Assembly: GCA_052390515.1 (NCBI GenBank)
Contig: JBQTGV010000099.1
Coordinates: forward strand, 1-33,216
DNA length: 33,216 bases
Direction of reading: 5' to 3'
From: Candidatus Eiseniibacteriota bacterium
Lineage (GTDB): Bacteria > ARS69
A program made the translations under genes and the position numbers. Shown here piece by piece: positions 1-9,246 of the stretch. Position 1 is the stretch's first letter. Each line of letters begins with the position of its first letter. Below the pieces are notes generated by a model that was given only the letters and a program-made list of their open reading frames with translations, was not told the DNA's origin and did no database searches.

Positions 1-2
1 AC

Positions 3-947
3 GCCGCTGTCGGTCACCTCGAAGAAGACGTAGTCCCCGCTCGGCACGACTTCGCCCGTGCACGTGTCTTGCAGGTCGCCGTCCGTGCAGCGCACCGTCC
101 CGGTGCGCAGGCGGATGGTGCCGCCGCGATCCTGCAAAGCGTCCGACGCGTTGGTGATCAGGTTCATCACCACCTGCCGGATCTGCGCGACGTCCGCCTC
201 GATCTCCGGAAGCCCGACGCCAGGCTCGTACACCAGCGAGGCCTTCTTGCTGATGGAGGCGCCGAGCAGCTCGCGCAGCTCGTCCACCACGTCGTTCAGC
301 TGCACGGCCCCCACCACGAAGTGTCCGCGCCCGGAGTAGGCCAGCATCTGGCGGCAGAGCTCCGCAGCCCGACGCGCGGCGATGCGGATCATCTCCAGCG
401 AGCGCTCGCCGCCGGAGCCCGGTGCCAGATCCCGCTTCACGAGGTCGGCGTTCGCCAGGATGCCCACCAGCAGGTTGTTGAAGTCGTGGGCGATACCGCC
501 GGCCAGCACACCGAGGCTCTCCAGCTTCTGCGCGTGCTGCATCTGCGCCTCGATCCGGCGGCGCGTCTCCTCCGCCTGACGCAAGGCGGTGATGTCGGTG
601 GCCACGCCGAGCACCCGCCGCGCGATGCCGTCCTCGTCGACCAGCGGGCGCTTGATGGTCTGCAGGTAGCGCACGTTGCCCTTCGCGTCGGTGATGACCT
701 CCTCGGGGATGAACTTCTCCTGCAGCGTGTCCATCACCTCGAGGTCGTCGCGGCGGAACCACTCGACTTCCTCGGGATTGTCGTTGAAGTCCGCGTCGGT
801 CTTCCCGATGAGATCCTCGACCGTCGTTCCGTACACCTCCGCGACCGACTCGTTGACCAGCGTGAACCGGCCCTCGCGGTCCTTCACGAAGATGAAGTGC
901 GGATTGATGTCGATGATCTGCCGGAGGAAATCCGGGCGGCCTTCCAT
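3..947 (-). CDS. PAS-domain sensor histidine kinase, CckA-like (3' end runs off the window)
   Basis: Hand-translated, not in the ORF track: MEGRPDFLRQIIDINPHFIFVKDREGRFTLVN (PAS)...LGVATDIT (PAC)...QKLESLGVLAGGIAHDFNNLL (H-box)...QVVMNLITNASDA (N-box). GGAG upstream of ATG 947. Confidence 0.92.
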   Translation of the reverse strand, partial: MEGRPDFLRQIIDINPHFIFVKDREGRFTLVNESVAEVYGTTVEDLIGKTDADFNDNPEEVEWFRRDDLEVMDTLQEKFIPEEVITDAKGNVRYLQTIKRPLVDEDGIARRVLGVATDITALRQAEETRRRIEAQMQHAQKLESLGVLAGGIAHDFNNLLVGILANADLVKRDLAPGSGGERSLEMIRIAARRAAELCRQMLAYSGRGHFVVGAVQLNDVVDELRELLGASISKKASLVYEPGVGLPEIEADVAQIRQVVMNLITNASDALQDRGGTIRLRTGTVRCTDGDLQDTCTGEVVPSGDYVFFEVTDSG

Positions 948-1049
948 GGCGAACTCCGAGGGCACGAAGCTCCGGGCCGACGTTGCAGCGCGAGGAGCGG
1001 GCGACCGACGGGGGAGTTCGGACCCGAACCGCAGGGATCGAGTCCGCCC

Positions 1050-1078
1050 AGTCTAGCGCGTCGCGGGCAGCGAATCGA
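1050..1078 (-). promoter_or_regulatory. Possible sigma70 promoter for the kinase
   Basis: TCGATT-N17-TAGACT on the minus strand. Confidence 0.35.
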
Positions 1079-1081
1079 CGG

Positions 1082-2191
1082 CTATCCTCGCGCGGTCTGC
1101 CCGATCCGGAGAGCCTCCTCCATCAGATCGATGGTGGCGCCCACCGGCAGCCCCACCACGTTGGACCAGTCTCCCCGGATTCCCTCGACGAGCAGCGCGC
1201 CGCGGCCCTGGATGGCGTAGGCACCGGCCTTGTCCATGGGCTCGCCGGTGGCCACGTAACGGCGGATCTCCTCCGCGCCGAGGGGTACGAACGTGACGTG
1301 GGTGGAGACGACTCGCCCGTGGAAGCGGCTTGCGCCGGGGGCCGCGACGCAGACCCCGGTGTGCACGACGTGCTCCGTCCCGGAGAGCTCGGTCAGCATG
1401 CGGACCGCCTCCCCCGTGCTCCGGGGCTTGCCGTACACCCGCTCGCCCAGGACGACGATGGTGTCCGCGGCGATGACGAGCGCGTCCTTCCGCTTCGCCG
1501 CCGCGGCCCGCGCCTTCCGCTCGGCCAGCACCCGGGCCTGCTCTTTGGGGTCGGCCGGAAGGTCCGCTTCCTCGTCCACGTCGGTCGGCTCCACGTCGAA
1601 GCGCAGCCCGAGCTCCTCGAGCAGCGCGCGCCGTCGCGGGGACGCCGAGGCCAGAACGACGGGAATCTGGAGGAGTGGTGAATCCGATCCCACGATCCCC
1701 TGCCGCGCGCCCACGGGTGAGCCCCCCGCACCTCCCGGCGCTCGCCGAAGGTCCTCGGAGTCGAGCAGGATGGTGACCGGACCGTCGTTCACCAGATCGA
1801 CGTGCATGTGCGCTCCGAAGCGGCCGGTGGCCACGACCAGCCCCACCTCCCGCAGCCGCCGCTCGAGTGCATCGAGCAGCGGAACGGCTTCCTCCGAAGC
1901 GGCGGCCTTCTCGAACGACGGGCGGCGCCCCTTGCGAGAGTCCGCGTACAGCGTGAACTGCGAGACGAGGAGCACGCCGCCGCCGGCCTCGACCACCGAC
2001 CGGTTCATGCGGCCCTCCTCGTCGGGGAAGATGCGCAGCCCGGCGATCTTGTCGGCGATCCACTCGGCGTCGGCCGGGGAATCCCCGCGGCGCACGCCGG
2101 CCAGCACGAGCAGGCCAGGGCCGACCGAGCCGACCGCTTCGCCGTCCACCGCGACTGACGCGCTCGACACGCGCTGCAGCAGCGCCCGCAT
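1082..2191 (-). CDS. dtd-maf: Fused D-aminoacyl-tRNA deacylase (DTD1) + Maf/YhdE-type nucleoside triphosphate pyrophosphatase
   Basis: N-terminal [30 protein letters not shown] (Dtd). C-terminal [32 protein letters not shown] (Maf). One frame, no stop. ATG overlaps the upstream TGA (ATGA). Confidence 0.93.
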   Translation of the reverse strand: MRALLQRVSSASVAVDGEAVGSVGPGLLVLAGVRRGDSPADAEWIADKIAGLRIFPDEEGRMNRSVVEAGGGVLLVSQFTLYADSRKGRRPSFEKAAASEEAVPLLDALERRLREVGLVVATGRFGAHMHVDLVNDGPVTILLDSEDLRRAPGGAGGSPVGARQGIVGSDSPLLQIPVVLASASPRRRALLEELGLRFDVEPTDVDEEADLPADPKEQARVLAERKARAAAAKRKDALVIAADTIVVLGERVYGKPRSTGEAVRMLTELSGTEHVVHTGVCVAAPGASRFHGRVVSTHVTFVPLGAEEIRRYVATGEPMDKAGAYAIQGRGALLVEGIRGDWSNVVGLPVGATIDLMEEALRIGQTARG

Positions 2192-3246
2192 CAGTCGGCG
2201 ATCCTCGCCCAGGCCAGCCCGTCGGGACCGCCCCCGGTCGGGATCATGCGGGCGACGCTCCACGTGGCGATTTCCACGACGGCGACGCGGGCGAGACCTC
2301 GGCTCGCCACGTAGGCGAAGGTCCCCTCGGGATCGGTGAGCACACCGATCGGCCGGGCTCCCTCCCGCAGGGCCCGCTCCACCAGCGGGCGAATCTCCTC
2401 GATGGGCCGCTCCTTCCAGTCGTCCTCGTGCAGGTGCGCATCCGCCAGCGCCACGCGCGCGTCGAGCGCACGCTTCTCCGCGTCGATCACCGCGAGATCG
2501 CTGGACAGCAGGCAGGAGGCGAGCGCCATGGTCCCGTCCGGAACGAAGGCGAGTCGGATCGGCTGCAGGCCGCACTCGATCGTGGCGAGCACCGCGAGCG
2601 TCGAGGCGTCCACGACGCGCACCACGTGCTCCTCGTTGCTGCCGACCCAGATCTCTCGCCCGCCCGGACGCACCGCGAGAGCTTCGCTTCCGGCTCCGGT
2701 CGCGACGGACTTCGGCGCCCCGGCCGGGCCGCCCAGCTCGAGGACGACGAGCTTGCCGGATCCGATCGCGGTGGCGAAGGCGCGCTTCCCGTCAGCGGAC
2801 ACCTCGACCATGTGGACGTCGGCTTGCACGTCGTGCTCGCCGACGATCTTCCCGGTCTCGACGTCCACCTCCAGGAGCTTGCGGCTCGTCTCGGAGGTCA
2901 CCAGCACACGGCGCCCGTCGAGCCAGCGGATACCGTGAGGACGCCGGTGGGGGGCGAGGTCGATCGTGCGCAGCGCCTTGCCCTGCACCACGTCGAGCAC
3001 CGTGAGCGTGCTTCCCGGCACCTCCCTGCCGTAGTTCCCCGCCACCGCCCTTCGCCCGTCGGGAGAGACCGCCACCTCGTGAGGGGCGTCCCCCAGCGGG
3101 ATCTCGGCGCGCCGCGTCCCCGATGCGGGATCGATCAGCCACGCGGAGTCGTCGTCCTTGTTCAGCACGATCAGGGTGTCGGAGGCCTTCGCTGCGGCGA
3201 CCGAGAGGCCGATTCCCGCGAGAGCCGCGAGCCAGGTACGAGTCAT
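2191..3246 (-). CDS. Exported YncE/YVTN-type beta-propeller protein
   Basis: Signal peptide [21 protein letters not shown]. Blade repeats [43 protein letters not shown] overlap with upstream gene. Confidence 0.85.
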   Translation of the reverse strand: MTRTWLAALAGIGLSVAAAKASDTLIVLNKDDDSAWLIDPASGTRRAEIPLGDAPHEVAVSPDGRRAVAGNYGREVPGSTLTVLDVVQGKALRTIDLAPHRRPHGIRWLDGRRVLVTSETSRKLLEVDVETGKIVGEHDVQADVHMVEVSADGKRAFATAIGSGKLVVLELGGPAGAPKSVATGAGSEALAVRPGGREIWVGSNEEHVVRVVDASTLAVLATIECGLQPIRLAFVPDGTMALASCLLSSDLAVIDAEKRALDARVALADAHLHEDDWKERPIEEIRPLVERALREGARPIGVLTDPEGTFAYVASRGLARVAVVEIATWSVARMIPTGGGPDGLAWARIAD

Positions 3247-4019
3247 CGTGGCAAGCTCCATTCTCCTGTGTCCAGCGCGAGGATCTCGCTCCGGAAGATG
3301 GTCTCGGCGCGCTCACGGAACGCCGCGAGCTCCGTCAGCGTGCGCGGCAGGACGAGCAGCCGGATCTCGGCGCCGAGGTCCGCCGGAAGATCCCGGTCGA
3401 GATAGCGAAGGCCGAAGTCGTAGCGGTCCGGGCAGTGCCGCATGCGCAGCAACTCGACGAGCGGCCGGATGGTGAACGCCTGGAAGCGCTGCACCGCATC
3501 CGGCACGTCCTCGCGGCGCACGGCCTTCGTGGTCAGGTTCTGGAACAGGAAGAAGGTCTGGCGCAGCTCGACGAGACGTCGCGCCATCTTCGCCGCATGT
3601 GCCGCGCGATCGAACGGCGCGGGCTTGACGATGGCGGCACGGTCGAAGAGCACGAGCGCGTCCCCGTGCCGCTCCGGTTCGAGCAGGCGGTCGCCGTTGC
3701 TGCCCAGGAGGACCACGACGTCCATGAAGTGACAGGGATCCGCGTCCCGGAGCTGGAGGAACTCCTGCGCGTGTCCGTGCCAGGTCGGCTCGGGGAGCCT
3801 CCAGCTGTAGGCCACGGGCGAGAGCCGCGTCAGCGCCGTGCGCAACGCGACGAACGCATCCTCCTTGCGATCGTCGTCGACGACCAGCATGAGGTCGATG
3901 TCCGACCAGTCGTCGGTGCGTCCGGAAGCGTCGCTTCCGCCGAGCCACGCCGCCTGCGCCCAGGGGAGCGGCTCGAGCTCCGCGACGACCGCGTCGATGA
4001 TCTGCCGGCGCTTCAGCAA
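3243..4019 (-). CDS. Pol-beta superfamily nucleotidyltransferase with helical C-terminal domain
   Basis: WLGGSDASGRTDDWSDIDL matches hG[GS]x..DxD; third Asp probably in FMDVV. TTG start with GAGGT SD. Confidence 0.82.
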   Translation of the reverse strand: MLKRRQIIDAVVAELEPLPWAQAAWLGGSDASGRTDDWSDIDLMLVVDDDRKEDAFVALRTALTRLSPVAYSWRLPEPTWHGHAQEFLQLRDADPCHFMDVVVLLGSNGDRLLEPERHGDALVLFDRAAIVKPAPFDRAAHAAKMARRLVELRQTFFLFQNLTTKAVRREDVPDAVQRFQAFTIRPLVELLRMRHCPDRYDFGLRYLDRDLPADLGAEIRLLVLPRTLTELAAFRERAETIFRSEILALDTGEWSLPR

Positions 4020-4029
4020 GTCGGGGACC

Positions 4030-4797
4030 TCACTTCCGGCCGATGAACGCCCAGTGACGCGAGCGGTCGCCGCGGCGGTGCGAGAACAGCTCGCCGGGAT
4101 AGGCGAAGGTGTCGAGGGAGAAGTCGATGAGGTTGTCGCGCGGAACCCGGGCGCTCGCGGCCTGCGCCAGAGCGCAGGAGGGCAGGTCGAGGCGGACCTT
4201 GCCGTGCGACGCGTCGCCGCTCGGAACCGCGAAGGTCTCCGGGAAGAGGCCGGCTACCTCCGGTCCCACCTCGTAGCTCGGGCCGCGGATGGCCGGTCCG
4301 GTGGCGACCAGCAGGTCGCCGGTCTTGACGTCCAGCTCCTCGACCAGCACGCGGACCACGTTCTTCACGATGCCCGCGGCGAGGCCTCGCCAGCCGGCGT
4401 GTGCGAGACCGACCGCCGGACCGGCCGCGTCGGCGAAGAACACCGGCACGCAGTCCGCGACCGTGACCGCGAGCGCGACACCGCTCTCCGCGGACACGAG
4501 CCCGTCCCACTTGCCCTCCGGGAGCCTTCCGTCGGCGCCGACCACCGCGACGTCGGACCCGTGGGCGAGCGCCGGCGCCACGATCCTCCCCGGGTCCAGC
4601 TCCACCGCCTCGAGCAGCCGCCTGCGGCGCTCGCGCACCTCGCCCGGGTCGTCGCCGGTGGACAGGGAGAAGTTGCCCAGGCTCGCGTGGGTGACGCCGT
4701 GGACCACGTCGGGTACCAAGCCGAGCGCGGGCGCCCGGTACCACAGCGCCTCGCCGCGCGCGACGAGGCGTGCCGCGGAGCCCAGCGCGCCGGTCAC
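4030..4797 (-). CDS. pgeF: PgeF/YfiH laccase-domain protein (peptidoglycan editing factor / purine nucleoside phosphorylase)
   Basis: AHGSDV, DGLVS, VTVADCVPV, LAHAGWRG, GPAI..YEVG, FSHRR. GTG start overlaps the rel stop (GTGA). Confidence 0.92.
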   Translation of the reverse strand: MTGALGSAARLVARGEALWYRAPALGLVPDVVHGVTHASLGNFSLSTGDDPGEVRERRRRLLEAVELDPGRIVAPALAHGSDVAVVGADGRLPEGKWDGLVSAESGVALAVTVADCVPVFFADAAGPAVGLAHAGWRGLAAGIVKNVVRVLVEELDVKTGDLLVATGPAIRGPSYEVGPEVAGLFPETFAVPSGDASHGKVRLDLPSCALAQAASARVPRDNLIDFSLDTFAYPGELFSHRRGDRSRHWAFIGRK

Positions 4798-7013
4798 GTC
4801 CCCTGGGCCGGCAACCCGGGTGCGGCCCCTCCGCCGTCGGCGTGGTCCACGCGCCGCACGTCGTCGACGCCCTTGACCCGGCGCATCACCTTCACCACCC
4901 GGCGCAGGTGCGGCAGATCCTCGACCTCGACCAGGAACGTCCCCACCGCACGCGGCCCGTCCTGCTCCATGCTCGCGGAGAGGATGTTGGTGTCGAGGCC
5001 GCTGATCGCGGAGGACACGTCGGCCAGCAGACCCTTGCGCTGCTCCCCCACCACCAGGAGCTTCACGCGGAACCTCTCGTCCGGCGCGACGTCCCAGCTC
5101 ACTTCGATGCGCCGTTCCAGCTCCACCGTCGGCGGCAGCGTGTTCGGACAGTCGGAGCGATGCACGGAGATGCCGCGCCCCCGCGTCACGATGCCGACGA
5201 TGCTCTCTCCCGGCAGCGGTTGGCAACACTGGGCGAAGTGCAGCATCACGTTCGATTCGCCCTGCACCTTGACCCCGCCGTCCTTCTTCCGCGTGAAGGT
5301 CAGGATGCGGCGGATGGTCGAGGGCTCTTCCTTCTCCTCCAGGTCCGGGAACAGCTTGCGGATGACGTGCAGCGCGGAGTAGTCGCCCTGACCGACGGTC
5401 TGCTGCAGCTTCTCGACCGAATCGAAGCCGAGCCCCTTCACCGCGTCGTCGTCGAGGACGGCGTCCAGGTCCACTCGCTGGCGCCGCGCCTCGCGGGCCA
5501 GCATCTCCCGTCCGAGCGCCATGGAGTGGTCCATCGTCTCGTGCCGGTGCCAGCGGCGGATCTTGCTGCGCGCTCCCGCCGTGGCCACCATCTTGAGCCA
5601 GTCCTGGCTCGGCTTGGCGCTCGGCGAGGTGATGATGTCCACCGTGTCGCCGCTCTCCAGGCGGTAGCGCAGTGGGACGATCCGCTCGTTGACGCGGGCG
5701 CCGACGCAGTGGTCCCCGATCTCGGTGTGGATCAGGTAGGCGAAGTCGATCGGCGTCGATCCCTTGGGAAGCACCTTGAGATCGCCCTTCGGAGTGAAGA
5801 CGAAGACCTCCTGCTGGAAGAGGTCGGACTTCAGCAGATCGAAGAACTCCTCGGCGTTCTGGTCGGCCTGCTCCTTCACCAGCTCGCCGAGCCACGGGAA
5901 GCTGCCCACCAGATCGGTGAAGTGCGTCTTGCCTTCCTTGTACTTCCAGTGCGCGGCGATGCCGAACTCCGCTTCGCCGTGCATCTCCGGGGTGCGGATC
6001 TGGAACTCCACCCACACCCGCTCCGGCCCGATCACCGTGGTGTGCAGCGAGCGGTAGTGGTTCGACTTGGGCGAAGCGATGTAGTCCTTGACCCGTTCCG
6101 GCACCGGCTTCCACAGCGAGTGGATGATCCCCAGCGTCTCGTAGCAGTCCCGCGGCGTGGGCACGACGACGCGCACGGCCATCAGGTCGTGGATGTCCTC
6201 GAAGCGGCGCTGGCGCGTCGTCATCTTCATCCAGATGCTGTAGAAGTGCTTCGCGCGAGCCTGCACCTCCGCCTCGATCCCCTCCGCGGCGAGCATTTCC
6301 GCCAGGGGATCCGTGAGCTGGCGGAGGAACATCTCCCGCTGGCCCTTCTTCATCGCCACCTTCTCGACCAGGTCCAGGTACGCCTCCGGCTCGAGGTGCT
6401 TGAGCGCGAGGTCCTCGAGCTCCCACTTGATCGTGGCGATGCCGAAGCGGTGAGCGAGCGGCGCGTAGATCTCCAGCGTCTCCCGCGCGATCCGCTCCCG
6501 TCGATCCCGCGACAGGAAGTGCAGCGTCCTCATGTTGTGCACGCGGTCGGCCAGCTTGATGAGCACGACGCGCAGGTCCTTGGCGATGGCCAGCAGCATC
6601 TTCCGCCAGTTCTCGGCGTGATGCTCCTCGGCGCTGCGGAACTCGTAGCCGCCGATCTTGGACACTCCATCCACGATCTCGGCGACGTGCTCGCCGAACT
6701 CGGTGCGCATCCGCTCGACGCCCACCTCGGTGTCCTCGATCACGTCGTGCAGGAGACCGGCGACGATCGTGGTGGTGTCCAGATGCAGCTCGGCGAGGAT
6801 GATGGCCACCGCCAGGCAGTGCTCCACGTACGGCGCTCCTGAGAACCGCACTTGGCCGAGGTGGTGCTCCTTCGAGAACTCGTAGGCCTTCTGGATGAGC
6901 ACGAGGTCGTAGCGATCCCGCTCGTGAAGGGAGCGGAGCAGGTCCTCGTACGTGTACCGGCGCTCGGGCGGCGGCGAAGCGCCCTCGAGCTCGCGCACGC
7001 GACGGGCGGTCAC
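4794..7013 (-). CDS. rel: Bifunctional (p)ppGpp synthetase/hydrolase Rel (long RSH)
   Basis: LLHDVIED (intact HD), IKLADRVHNMRT, RAKHFYSI, YRSLHT, EFQIRT, AAHWKYK, TGS (FTPKG..TPIDFAY), CCQPLPG..HRSDC, C-terminal ACT. GTGA overlap with recJ. Confidence 0.96.
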   Translation of the reverse strand: MTARRVRELEGASPPPERRYTYEDLLRSLHERDRYDLVLIQKAYEFSKEHHLGQVRFSGAPYVEHCLAVAIILAELHLDTTTIVAGLLHDVIEDTEVGVERMRTEFGEHVAEIVDGVSKIGGYEFRSAEEHHAENWRKMLLAIAKDLRVVLIKLADRVHNMRTLHFLSRDRRERIARETLEIYAPLAHRFGIATIKWELEDLALKHLEPEAYLDLVEKVAMKKGQREMFLRQLTDPLAEMLAAEGIEAEVQARAKHFYSIWMKMTTRQRRFEDIHDLMAVRVVVPTPRDCYETLGIIHSLWKPVPERVKDYIASPKSNHYRSLHTTVIGPERVWVEFQIRTPEMHGEAEFGIAAHWKYKEGKTHFTDLVGSFPWLGELVKEQADQNAEEFFDLLKSDLFQQEVFVFTPKGDLKVLPKGSTPIDFAYLIHTEIGDHCVGARVNERIVPLRYRLESGDTVDIITSPSAKPSQDWLKMVATAGARSKIRRWHRHETMDHSMALGREMLAREARRQRVDLDAVLDDDAVKGLGFDSVEKLQQTVGQGDYSALHVIRKLFPDLEEKEEPSTIRRILTFTRKKDGGVKVQGESNVMLHFAQCCQPLPGESIVGIVTRGRGISVHRSDCPNTLPPTVELERRIEVSWDVAPDERFRVKLLVVGEQRKGLLADVSSAISGLDTNILSASMEQDGPRAVGTFLVEVEDLPHLRRVVKVMRRVKGVDDVRRVDHADGGGAAPGLPAQGT

Positions 7014-8719
7014 GACACCGTCTCCCGCACGTCGATGAGCTGCAGCTGTTCGGAACGTCGGTCGTTCCACTCGTTGATGGTGACGTGGCCGACGATGTCC
7101 AGCGGCCCGGTCAGTGCGTCGGCGTCGATCCGATCGCCGAGGTCGAAGCCGATGCAGTCCAGCGGCGGTCCGCCGTTGCGCTTGATCGAGAGCTTCAGGT
7201 GCCCGCGACCCACCACGCGGGCGGGTCCGGTGGTGGCGGCGCCGCGCAGTAGGAAGGTCGGTCGGGGATTGCCGAATCCGAACGGCGCCAGCCGTTCGAG
7301 ATCGGTGGCGAGACCGATGTCGATCTCGCGCGGGTCGATCTCGCCGTCGATGCGCAGCCGCGGGCGGCGGTTGTCGTCGGTCAGCCGCCGCGAGCAGCCG
7401 GCGGCGAAGCGTTCGCGAAACTCCGGGATCCGGCCGCGATCGATGGTCAGGCCCGCGGCCATCTCGTGTCCGCCGTACTGCACGAGCAGGTCGCGGCACT
7501 CGTCCAGGATGGAGCACACGTCCACGCCGGGGATGGAGCGGAGCGATCCGCGGCCGACGTCGCCCTCCATGGCGATCAGCGCCGCGGGCCGGTGGTAGCG
7601 GTCGACCAGACGCGCGGTGGCTATCCCGATCACGCCCGGATGCCAGCCGTTCGACGCGAGCACGATTCCGTCGGGGTCTTCGCCGGCGGTCCCGTTGGCG
7701 ATGGCGGTGAGCGCCTGCTCCAGGGTGGTGGCGCTGAACTCCTGGCGGCGGCGGTTCTCCTCGTCGAGCTGCCGCGCCAGCTTGTTCGCGCGGCCGGTGT
7801 CCTCCGTCGTCAGCAGGTGGACCGCGTCCGCCGAGTCCTCCAGCCTCCCCGCCGCGTTGATGCGCGGTCCCAGCAGGTAGCCGATGTGCCAGGCCTCGAT
7901 GCGGCCCTCGATTCCGGAGGCCTGTGCCAGCGCCATGATCCCGACCTTCTCGCGGCGGTTCATCACTTCCAGTCCTTCGTGCACGAGAGCGCGGTTCTCC
8001 CCGTCCAGCGGCACCACGTCGGCGATGGTCCCGAACGCCACGAGATCCAGATCCCGGGAGAGGTCGAGCTCGTGCTCCAGCTCGTCGACGATTCCGCGCA
8101 GCAGCTGGAAGACCACGCCCACGCCGGCGAGCCGCTTGTCCGGGTACTCGCAGCCGAGCTGCTTCGGATCGACGACGGCGGTGGCGGGGGGAAGCGAAGG
8201 CCCCGGCGAGTGATGATCGGTCACGATCGTCTCGATCCCCAGCTCCGCGAGGCGGGCCACCTCGTCGACCGAGCGGATGCCGCAGTCCACGGTGACGACC
8301 ACCGCCGGCTTCCGCTCCGTGAGCTCCGGGATGATCTTCATGGACAGTCCGTAACCGTGCACGAGGCGCTTGGGCATCAGGAAGTCGACGTTCGCGCCGA
8401 GCTGACGGAGAGCGCGCACAGCGAGCGAGGTGCCCGTCACCCCGTCGACGTCGAAGTCCCCGAAGATGAGGATCCTCTCGTTCCGCGAGAGCGCGCGGAG
8501 CAGCCGGTCCACGGCGACATCCGCCCCGCGCAGGCGCCGCGGCGGCGAGAGCTGATCGATGGACGGATTCAGGAACCGGCGCGCCTCGGCGGGATCGGAC
8601 TTGCCTCGCCCGACGAGCACCCGCGCGACGACGGCAGGCACACCCAGCTCGGCAACGAGGCGCGCGACCTCCTTCGCCTCGACCGGCGCCGGTTCGATCC
8701 AGTTCTTGCGACGCACCAC
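7010..8719 (-). CDS. recJ: Single-stranded-DNA-specific exonuclease RecJ
   Basis: GDFDVDG, TVDCG, TDHH, GTIADVVPL, PRINAAGR, GSLRS, GGHEMAAG, PFGFGNP. Confidence 0.97.
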   Translation of the reverse strand: MVRRKNWIEPAPVEAKEVARLVAELGVPAVVARVLVGRGKSDPAEARRFLNPSIDQLSPPRRLRGADVAVDRLLRALSRNERILIFGDFDVDGVTGTSLAVRALRQLGANVDFLMPKRLVHGYGLSMKIIPELTERKPAVVVTVDCGIRSVDEVARLAELGIETIVTDHHSPGPSLPPATAVVDPKQLGCEYPDKRLAGVGVVFQLLRGIVDELEHELDLSRDLDLVAFGTIADVVPLDGENRALVHEGLEVMNRREKVGIMALAQASGIEGRIEAWHIGYLLGPRINAAGRLEDSADAVHLLTTEDTGRANKLARQLDEENRRRQEFSATTLEQALTAIANGTAGEDPDGIVLASNGWHPGVIGIATARLVDRYHRPAALIAMEGDVGRGSLRSIPGVDVCSILDECRDLLVQYGGHEMAAGLTIDRGRIPEFRERFAAGCSRRLTDDNRRPRLRIDGEIDPREIDIGLATDLERLAPFGFGNPRPTFLLRGAATTGPARVVGRGHLKLSIKRNGGPPLDCIGFDLGDRIDADALTGPLDIVGHVTINEWNDRRSEQLQLIDVRETVS

Positions 8720-8747
8720 GGTCTCCCCGGGGGCGGTTGTTTCGAAG

Positions 8748-9110
<363 letters not shown>

Positions 9111-9186
9111 TCTTCACTGCCTTCCTATTAAGTAACAGTTTCCGGAGGGTGCAGCCAGCGCGAACCCGGGCCGGGCCGAGGTGGGG

Positions 9187-9215
9187 TTGAGACCTCGACC
9201 CTCCGCGGATACTCT
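9187..9215 (+). promoter_or_regulatory. Putative sigma70 promoter of the tricorn protease gene
   Basis: TTGAGA-N17-TACTCT, about 30 nt upstream of the GGAGG-preceded ATG. Confidence 0.55.
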
Positions 9216-9246
9216 CCCGGCAGCCCATCGACCCCCCGGAGGCTCC

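Noticed and set aside
4030-6426. Apparent 798-aa protein ending in PgeF
   Set aside because: Upstream part is an off-frame overlap with rel; the real start is GTG 4797. Similar false extensions affect the ORF-track calls for rel, dtd, MFS, PHP, rsmE and HIT.
9112-9160. Specific rnpB promoter hexamers
   Set aside because: AT-rich patch present, but no convincing -35/-10 pair could be assigned.
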